Part shown: piece after piece, positions 57,527 through 64,000 of the stretch
How positions within the stretch are numbered: the first letter of the stretch is position 1
How the letters are laid out: the number at the start of each line of letters is the position of its first letter
Assembly (NCBI GenBank): GCA_963822445.1
Contig: CAWGHO010000002.1
Coordinates: forward strand, 896,001 to 960,000
Direction of reading: 5' to 3'
DNA from: an uncultured Acidobacteriota bacterium
GTDB taxonomy: Bacteria > Acidobacteriota > Thermoanaerobaculia > Gp7-AA8
Length of the DNA stretch: 64,000 bases
Made by a program: the position numbers and the translations under genes
The notes under the pieces: generated by a model
The model's database searches: none
Told to the model about the DNA's origin: nothing
What the model saw: the letters and a program-made list of their open reading frames with translations, nothing else

Positions 57527-58795
57527 TCAGAGCTCCTCGCGCTCGAGAGGCATGGTCATGCAGCGCGGCCCGCCGCGCGCGCGGGACAGCTCGTTGCCGG
57601 CGATCTGCACCGCGTACTTTTTGCTGGTCCAGGTCTCGAGCTCCGTGCGGCCGAGGAGCACGTCGTCCTCGTACACGATGTGATAGCCGTGGCGCGCAAG
57701 CTCCTCGGCCGTCCGCACGTTGCGCTCGTAGCCGAGGATGATTCCGGGCGCGAGCGCGAACGCGTTTGCGCCGTCCGTCCACTGCTCGCGCTGCTGATCG
57801 ACGGAACGTTTTCCGCCGCAGTACACCGGCTCGAGATCGAAGCCCTTCTTCTTCAGCGCTGCCAGCAGCGATTTCTGATCGGTGTATGCCAGGGCGCGCT
57901 TCTTCGTGAGATCGACCATCGTCACTTTCGCGGCCTGCCCGCCGCTCGGCAGGATCACCGGCGGATAGATGAGGCATTCGTTCCGGCTGATGAAGGTGAA
58001 GATCGTGTCGAGATGCATGAACGAGCGGGCCCGGGGGATGTCGACGATGATCACCGTCTTCACGCCAGCCTTCGCGTCCTTGAGCGACCGGATCAGCGCC
58101 TCGACACCGGCGCGATTGGTGCGCTCGGTGATTCCGACCAGGAGCAGGTCGCGTCGCGGCACGAGCACGTCGCCGCCCTCCAGCGTGGGCATGTTGCGTG
58201 ACATCGGGCGTTCGCGCTCGGTCTCCATGAAGTCGACCCAGAACATGTCCCGTTCGCGGAAATGGGGGTGGTACTGAAAGACGTACTTCGACAGCAAGGA
58301 CTCGCGTCGCCGGGCCTGCGTGGCCATCGAGGAGATGACCACGCGATCGCCGAGGACGACCTGGGGGTCGCGCATGAAGAAGAGGTTCGGGATCGGGAAG
58401 AGGTCGAACTGAGGCAGCTCGCCGGAGCCTGTCTCGCGAGCAATACCGGCGATCAGAACCTCCGCGAGCGCCGCGGGTTTTTCCTCGAGCAGCCGTTTCA
58501 GGAGCGGACGGCCGAGTCGGTTGCGCTTGGCGAGGTCGCGGACGATGTGCTCCTTGACGTCCGCATCCTCGAAGACTTCCTCGAGCAGATCCTGGAGGTC
58601 GAGCACGTCATCGGCAACGAAGCGGATGAGCTGCTGAAACCGGCGATGCTCCTCGCGGGCGACCTGTCCGTAAAGGATGTCGTCGAAAAGCAGCTGGGCC
58701 ATCATCGGCGGGACCATCTGGTCGATCTCCCGCCCGGGAAGGTGGACCAGCACACTCTTGAGTCTGCCGATCTCACTGGTTACGTTCAGTCGCAT
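57527..58795 (-). CDS. arcA: Arginine deiminase
   Basis: V.SEIG.L..V..H.PG.E, LLFDD, PNLFFMRD, LEGGD, FMHLDT, REQW.DG.N, ELSRARGGPRCMTMPL. Confidence 0.94.
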   Translation of the reverse strand: MRLNVTSEIGRLKSVLVHLPGREIDQMVPPMMAQLLFDDILYGQVAREEHRRFQQLIRFVADDVLDLQDLLEEVFEDADVKEHIVRDLAKRNRLGRPLLKRLLEEKPAALAEVLIAGIARETGSGELPQFDLFPIPNLFFMRDPQVVLGDRVVISSMATQARRRESLLSKYVFQYHPHFRERDMFWVDFMETERERPMSRNMPTLEGGDVLVPRRDLLLVGITERTNRAGVEALIRSLKDAKAGVKTVIIVDIPRARSFMHLDTIFTFISRNECLIYPPVILPSGGQAAKVTMVDLTKKRALAYTDQKSLLAALKKKGFDLEPVYCGGKRSVDQQREQWTDGANAFALAPGIILGYERNVRTAEELARHGYHIVYEDDVLLGRTELETWTSKKYAVQIAGNELSRARGGPRCMTMPLEREEL

Positions 58796-58853
58796 GCGCG
58801 GCGCATTCTACCGGCTCGGAAGGGGTGAAAAACGGCGTAAAATCCACCCATCC

Positions 58854-59723
58854 ATGCGCTTCGGGCCGGCGCTTTTCCTCGTTTGCAGCATCTCCACTCT
58901 TGCGTTCGCCGCTTCGCCGCGGGTCACGTACGAACGGATCATCCCCGCGCCGTACAGCCTCGGCGACGCGGAACAGGTGGCGCTGGTGGGTGCCATCGGA
59001 GACACGATCGGCGTGGAAGTCTTCATCGATCATCTGCTCGAACAGACCAATCGCTCCGGAACGCTGCGGCTGAACGACGACCGGAGCCGCCGGCATGCCT
59101 TCGTCCTCGAACACCTGCGCAAATCGGCGGACGCCGACGCGTACCTGGTCGTTCGCGCGTTCACCTGCGGCAGTGAAGACAAAACCGGCGAGGGCAGCGC
59201 CCGCGACCCGGATGGGAAGCGCGTCCCCCGGCGCGATACCTGGGTGGAAACGCGCTGCTCGGCCAAGGTCGACGCCCTGACGGCTGCCGGCGCGCGGCTC
59301 TCGTTCAGCATCAAAGGCGTCGGAACGTCGACGCGCACGGAGAGAATCACCGACGACGACCGGGAAGACGCGTTGATCCATGCCGCGCGGTTCGCGGCGA
59401 TCGACGCGACCGAGAAGATCACACCGCGTCGCGTTCGCGAAACGGTTCTGCTCGATGAGACCGCGCCGGGAGTCGACGAGGCCTACGCATTGATCAGCAA
59501 CGGCAATCTGACCGGCGCGCGGGATTTGTGGCTGCAGGAGCTGAGGCGTAAGCCGGGGCTGGCCTCGCTGCACTTCAACATCGCCGCGGTCTGCGAAGCC
59601 CTCGGCGACGCGAAGAACGCCGAGCAGAATTACACCGCCGCGGAGAGGCTCGCGCCGAAGGAAAAACGGTACGCCGTGGAGCTCAGAAGCTTCCACCGGC
59701 GTACCGGTTCACCCAGGCGCTGA
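58854..59723 (+). CDS. Exported protein with a C-terminal TPR
   Basis: Signal peptide from ATG 58854; ASLHFNIAAVCEALGD...A...Y..A..L.P TPR. Confidence 0.7.
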   Translation: MRFGPALFLVCSISTLAFAASPRVTYERIIPAPYSLGDAEQVALVGAIGDTIGVEVFIDHLLEQTNRSGTLRLNDDRSRRHAFVLEHLRKSADADAYLVVRAFTCGSEDKTGEGSARDPDGKRVPRRDTWVETRCSAKVDALTAAGARLSFSIKGVGTSTRTERITDDDREDALIHAARFAAIDATEKITPRRVRETVLLDETAPGVDEAYALISNGNLTGARDLWLQELRRKPGLASLHFNIAAVCEALGDAKNAEQNYTAAERLAPKEKRYAVELRSFHRRTGSPRR

Positions 59724-59761
59724 GCGGAATCTTTCCTCTTCCGGCCTGTTCAGACCGCCGC

Positions 59762-61378
59762 ATGAGCAACGCGGTAATGGACCTAAGCGACGAGCTGACG
59801 CGCGAGGTGGCTCGCCGGCGGACCTTCGCCATCATTTCGCACCCCGACGCGGGCAAGACCACCCTCACCGAGAAGCTCCTCCTCTACGGCGGCGCGATCG
59901 AGGAAGCGGGGTCGGTCCGCGCGCGGAAGCAGCAGCGTCACACGACGTCGGACTTCATGGCCATCGAGCAGAGCCGCGGGATCTCCATCAGCTCGACAGT
60001 CCTGCAGTTCGAGTACGACGGCTCGGTTCTGAACCTCCTCGACACCCCGGGCCACCAGGATTTTTCCGAGGATACGTACCGGACCTTGGCGGCCACGGAT
60101 AGCGCGGTGATGGTGCTCGACGGCGCGAAGGGCATCGAGCCGCAGACGCGGAAGCTCTTCGAAGTCTGCCGGATGCGGCACATCCCCATCCTCTGCTTCG
60201 TCAACAAGCTCGATCAGCCGGCCAAGGATCCGTTCGAGCTGCTCAGCGAGATCGAGCGCGAGCTCAAGGTCTCCGCGGTGCCGATGAACTGGCCGATCGG
60301 CGACGGGCCGACGTTCCAGGGCGTGTACGACCTGCGTCACCAGCAGGTCCTGCGGTTCGAGCGGACGAAGCACGGCGCGCATATCGCTCCGGTCACGGTC
60401 AGCGGTCTCGATGATCCGAGTCTGGAAGACCAGCTCGGCCCGCACGCCTGGCAGGAACTGCGCGATGCGGCGGAGCTCCTCGACGGCGCCGGCGCCGCGT
60501 TCGATCGCAAGCAGTTCGAGTATGGCCGCGTGATTCCGGTGTTTTACGGCAGCGCGGTGAACAACTTCGGCGTCGAGCCGTTCCTGCGCGCGGTCATCGA
60601 ATTCGCGCCGCCGCCTTCGCCGCGTCACGCGAAGCAGGGCGGCGAGGACTTCGAGCTCGAGCCGACCTCGGACACCTTCACCGGATTCGTCTTCAAGATC
60701 CAGGCGAACATGGACAAGCGCCACCGCGATCGCCTGGCCTTCATGCGCATCACCTCGGGCATCTTCGAGCGGGACATGGAGGTGCATCACGCGCGGCTTC
60801 GCCGCCAGGTGCGCATGACCCGTCCTCATCGCCTTTTCGCGCAGGAGCGCGAGACCATCGATCGCGCGTTTCCGGGGGACGTCATCGGATTCGTGAATCC
60901 CGGCCTTTTCCAGATCGGCGACGCCGTTTCATCGGGCACGCCCGTCGACTTCGATCGCATCCCCCGCTTCGCGCCGGAGTTTTTCGCGACGCTGCGCGCG
61001 AAGCAGGTCACGCGGCAGAAGCAGTTTCAGAAAGGGCTGGAGCAGCTCGAAGAGGAAGGGGCCATGCAGGTCTTCGTGGTGCACGACGGCCTGAAGAGCG
61101 AGCCGATTCTCGCGGTCGTCGGCGAGCTTCAGTTCGACGTGCTGCAGTCGCGCCTCGAGACCGAGTACAACGTCGAGACTACGCTCACGACCCTGCCGTA
61201 CAAGATCGCCCGCTGGGTCGATCGCGACGTCGACGACGTGACGAGGATGACCCTGCCCTCACGCGCGCGCATCGCTACGGACCGGAACGATCACCCGGTC
61301 GTGCTCTTCACGTCCGAATGGGAGCTGGAGTACGCGCAGAAAGAGAATCAGGGCGTCGAGTTCGCGGCGGCTTCGTAG
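59762..61378 (+). CDS. prfC: Peptide chain release factor 3
   Basis: RRTFAIISHPDAGKTT.TEK, DTPGHQDFSEDTYR, NKLD, FKIQANMD..HRDR.AF, G.LQFDV. Confidence 0.97.
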   Translation: MSNAVMDLSDELTREVARRRTFAIISHPDAGKTTLTEKLLLYGGAIEEAGSVRARKQQRHTTSDFMAIEQSRGISISSTVLQFEYDGSVLNLLDTPGHQDFSEDTYRTLAATDSAVMVLDGAKGIEPQTRKLFEVCRMRHIPILCFVNKLDQPAKDPFELLSEIERELKVSAVPMNWPIGDGPTFQGVYDLRHQQVLRFERTKHGAHIAPVTVSGLDDPSLEDQLGPHAWQELRDAAELLDGAGAAFDRKQFEYGRVIPVFYGSAVNNFGVEPFLRAVIEFAPPPSPRHAKQGGEDFELEPTSDTFTGFVFKIQANMDKRHRDRLAFMRITSGIFERDMEVHHARLRRQVRMTRPHRLFAQERETIDRAFPGDVIGFVNPGLFQIGDAVSSGTPVDFDRIPRFAPEFFATLRAKQVTRQKQFQKGLEQLEEEGAMQVFVVHDGLKSEPILAVVGELQFDVLQSRLETEYNVETTLTTLPYKIARWVDRDVDDVTRMTLPSRARIATDRNDHPVVLFTSEWELEYAQKENQGVEFAAAS

Positions 61379-62481
61379 CGCTCCAACCACTTCTTGTACT
61401 CGAACGGCGAGATCTCACTCGGCTTGATCTCGCTCCGGCCGCCCCAGAACACGTTCGTGTAGCTCACCGGAATGCCGATCGACTCGAGATGCTCGTCGAT
61501 GGCTTTCTTGTGAGCGAGAACCATCTCTTTCTCGGTCCCGTGGGCGACGGCCATGATGTTCACGTTGCGGAACTCCGGGCCGCCCTCGCGCCAGTAGCAG
61601 TGCGTGAGGATGTGGAACCGCCCCACTTCACGTCCTGCCTCGATCTCCCGGCCCGGCGGCACGGCCCAGTGGAAAAGCGCGTTGAACCGCGTGACGCGCT
61701 CGCCTGACTGCAGCGGCTTCACGTGCTCGAGGAAGGTCGAGAAGCGGCCGATCACGCGCCGCTCGTTGAGATTCTCAGCGACCGCGTAAAACACATCGGC
61801 CAGCAGGTTGGCCTCGTCGGCGCGGCGCTCCCAGAGATCGCGCGTGATCTCCTCCGGCTCGACTTCGCGTTTCAGCGCCGTCAGAACCTGCCACTCGAGA
61901 TCGCTCAGCTCGACCTTCGCGGTGTCTTTCACTTCCGCCAGCTCTTCGGACTTCGAGCCCGGCTCCATGCCTTTGCGGCGGACGTGGCCGACGCCGAGGG
62001 CGAAGATGCGCTTCGCAGGCATCACGCGGAAATGGTCGGCGCCGGTGAGCTTGGCCAGAAGCGCGCAGTGATCCTCGACGCGCTGTCCCTGCGGAACTTT
62101 CACAGTCGTCCAGAGCCGGTAGCTCGATCCCGGCGTGGCCGCGTCGGTCGAGCGGATGACGACATGTCCGGAGAACGGGTCCTCTTTGAACATGAAGTCG
62201 AAGGCCTCATCGAGCTTCTCCGGCGGAAACTGCCACGCCACCAGGGCCCCTTCGGCCAGATTGGTGGCCATGAGCGTCTGCCGTACGCGGCGAATCGTTC
62301 CTCCGCGGAGCATGGCCCGGATGCGTTCCATCACCAGTTCCGGCTCGAGTCCGGTCTGGCGGGCGATCTCGCCGAACGGGTCGCGCACGAAGCCCTGGAT
62401 GCGGTCCTCGGACACGGCAAGGATCTGGGCGTTGATCGAATCAGTGTGGGCAATAGGAGTTTCGGCACTGGCCGTGGTCAT
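61348..62481 (-). CDS. Fused double Lrp/AsnC-like protein, siroheme decarboxylase (AhbAB/NirDL)-like
   Basis: Two HTH+AsnC-like halves: PF.EIA...G...G.IRR and LVAW..P; second half HCYWR..GP....N..AV.HG. Start set at ATG 62481. Confidence 0.7.
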   Translation of the reverse strand: MTTASAETPIAHTDSINAQILAVSEDRIQGFVRDPFGEIARQTGLEPELVMERIRAMLRGGTIRRVRQTLMATNLAEGALVAWQFPPEKLDEAFDFMFKEDPFSGHVVIRSTDAATPGSSYRLWTTVKVPQGQRVEDHCALLAKLTGADHFRVMPAKRIFALGVGHVRRKGMEPGSKSEELAEVKDTAKVELSDLEWQVLTALKREVEPEEITRDLWERRADEANLLADVFYAVAENLNERRVIGRFSTFLEHVKPLQSGERVTRFNALFHWAVPPGREIEAGREVGRFHILTHCYWREGGPEFRNVNIMAVAHGTEKEMVLAHKKAIDEHLESIGIPVSYTNVFWGGRSEIKPSEISPFEYKKWLERYEAAANSTP

Positions 62482-62503
62482 GGGACGGAATGATATTCGA
62501 GGC

Positions 62504-63037
62504 ATGTCCACCCGTCTTTTTGCGATCGTGCGCTCGGCGTTCTTCGCGTCGCTGTTCATCGCGCTCTGGACCTGGTTCGTGCCGCGATGGATCGCCGGAC
62601 CGGACGCGACCCTCGTCCCGCGATGGAGCGCCCTGGCTGTCGCGTTCATGGTTCCGGGCGCGCTGATCATGCTCAAGTGCATCTGGGATTTCGCCTGGAG
62701 CGGTCGAGGGACGCCGGCGCCGTGGGATCCGCCGCGGCGGCTGGTCGTCGCCGGCCTGTACCGTTACGTGCGCAATCCGATGTACGTCGGCATGGGCCTG
62801 TTTCTCATCGGCGAGGCGTTCCTGCTGCCGGCGGTCACTCGCGGGTTGCTGATCACCGTGGCCGTCTTCGGAGCCGCGGCCACGGCGTTCATCCTCGCGT
62901 ACGAAGAGCCGGCGCTGCGGGAGAAGTTCGGCGGCGAATACGTCGAGTACTGCAGGCACGTCCGGCGCTGGCTGCCGCGGCTGACGCCGTTTGACAAGGC
63001 GCGGATGGCTGCCGTACCCTCGCCGGACCTGGAGTGA
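62504..63037 (+). CDS. Isoprenylcysteine carboxyl methyltransferase / PEMT-like membrane protein
   Basis: GRGTPAPWDPP..LVV.GLYRYVRNPMY, EE..L..KFG..Y.EY...V.RW.P. Start at ATG 62504. Confidence 0.9.
   Translation: MSTRLFAIVRSAFFASLFIALWTWFVPRWIAGPDATLVPRWSALAVAFMVPGALIMLKCIWDFAWSGRGTPAPWDPPRRLVVAGLYRYVRNPMYVGMGLFLIGEAFLLPAVTRGLLITVAVFGAAATAFILAYEEPALREKFGGEYVEYCRHVRRWLPRLTPFDKARMAAVPSPDLE
62991..63020 (+). promoter_or_regulatory. Sigma-70-type promoter for the riboswitch-metH transcript, inside the upstream CDS
   Basis: TTGACA (62991-62996)-N18-TACCCT (63015-63020); predicted start about 63026-63027 coincides with the aptamer 5' end. Confidence 0.65.
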
Positions 63038-63080
63038 TTTGGGGCCGCTTGCGACCAGGTTAAAAAACGCTAAACCGCCG
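63027..63080 (+). ncRNA. SAM-II riboswitch aptamer
   Basis: ACCUGG-AGUGAUUUG...GCUUGC-GA-CCAGGU-UAAA...CGCUAAA: P1 (63027-63032/63055-63060) plus the conserved GAUUU, UUGC, UAAA and GCUAAA blocks; directly upstream of metH. Confidence 0.85.
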
Positions 63081-63108
63081 GTAGTCACGAAGACGTGAAC
63101 CCGACCCG

Positions 63109-63143
63109 AGGCCCCGCGCATTTGTGCGGGGCCTTTCGTTTTT
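63109..63143 (+). terminator. Intrinsic terminator in the metH leader
   Basis: AGGCCCCGCGCA / TGTGCGGGGCCT hairpin followed by TTCGTTTTT, 12 nt before the metH ATG. Confidence 0.8.
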
Positions 63144-63155
63144 CCGGAGAATCGA

Positions 63156-64000
63156 ATGCCACAACCTGATCGCACCGAAGAACTTCGCAGCCTGCTGCAG
63201 CAACGGATCCTCGTCCTGGACGGGGCCATGGGCACGATGATTCAGCGATACCAGCTCTCGGAGCAAGACTTCCGCGGCGAGCGCTATCGCAGTCATCCGC
63301 GCGATCTCAAAGGCGCGAACGACCTTCTCAACATCGTCCGTCCGGACATCATCGAAGAGATCCATCGCGCGTATCTCGCGGCCGGCTCCGACATCATCGA
63401 GACCAATACCTTCAACGCCACGGCGATCTCGATGGCCGATTACGCGCTCGAGCCGGATGTTTACGAGATCAATCGCGCCGCGTCCGAGATCGCCCGCCGC
63501 GCCTGTGACGCTTACTCGACCCCCGACCGCCCGCGCTTCGTCGCCGGCTCGCTCGGACCGACGAATCGCACCGCGTCGCTTTCGCCCGACGTCAACAACG
63601 CCGGCATGCGCGCGGTGACGTTCGACGAGCTGGTCGACGCGTACTACGAACAGACGCGCGGCCTCATCGACGGCGGTTGCGACATCCTCATGCCCGAGAC
63701 GACGTTCGACACGCTGAACCTCAAGGCCGCGCTGTTCGCGATCGAGAAGTACTTCGAAGACACCGGCATCCGCCTGCCGATCATCGCCTCGATCACCATC
63801 ACCGACGCATCAGGCCGCACGCTTTCGGGTCAGACCGTCGAAGCCTGCTGGAACTCCATCCGCCACGCCAACCTGCTCGCCGCCGGCATCAACTGCGCCC
63901 TCGGCGCGGAAGACATGCGCCCGCACGTCGAAGAGCTCTCGACGCTCGCGCCGCTGTTCATCTCCTGCTATCCGAACGCCGGCCTTCCGAACGCGCTCGG
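63156..64000 (+). CDS. metH: B12-dependent methionine synthase (5' part, runs off the window)
   Basis: Hand translation: [14 protein letters not shown]...DLKGANDLL...[10 protein letters not shown]...[17 protein letters not shown]...[12 protein letters not shown]...NCALGA...YPNAGLPN; GGAGA Shine-Dalgarno. Confidence 0.96.
   Translation, partial: MPQPDRTEELRSLLQQRILVLDGAMGTMIQRYQLSEQDFRGERYRSHPRDLKGANDLLNIVRPDIIEEIHRAYLAAGSDIIETNTFNATAISMADYALEPDVYEINRAASEIARRACDAYSTPDRPRFVAGSLGPTNRTASLSPDVNNAGMRAVTFDELVDAYYEQTRGLIDGGCDILMPETTFDTLNLKAALFAIEKYFEDTGIRLPIIASITITDASGRTLSGQTVEACWNSIRHANLLAAGINCALGAEDMRPHVEELSTLAPLFISCYPNAGLPNAL

Overview
High-GC bacterial chromosomal window, densely coding and mostly core metabolism and housekeeping. 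Gene style (DUF11/IPTL-type exported proteins, large TPR proteins, DUF4388) suggests Acidobacteriota, possibly Thermoanaerobaculia; this is inference, not a database result. Recognisable genes: lon, nrdR, trmL, cls, gnd, tal-pgi, a class II photolyase, ffh-rpsP-khpA-rimM-trmD-rplS-rnhB, an ECF sigma/anti-sigma/PDZ operon, thiL, truA, arcA-arcC, prfC and the 5' part of metH. I saw no tRNA, rRNA, CRISPR array, transposase or prophage. The most unusual signals are: (1) at least four families of REP-like palindromic doublets, one sitting in-frame inside trmD and others supplying gene C-termini and stop codons; (2) inverted octamer tandem arrays, one with nine G4 tracts; (3) a SAM-II riboswitch plus terminator upstream of metH, whose promoter and aptamer 5' end lie inside the preceding gene; (4) a single-ORF BrnT toxin-antitoxin fusion; (5) a shrunken class II photolyase; (6) a class A beta-lactamase with GDN/RTG motifs coupled to an AttH-like gene; (7) a DUF1844-TPR/Zn-ribbon-DUF4388/GspG-like membrane module; (8) pervasive leaderless-looking starts. 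Two genes (degP-like, tal-pgi) carry single frameshifts that may be sequencing errors. All family assignments are from motif recognition without tools.
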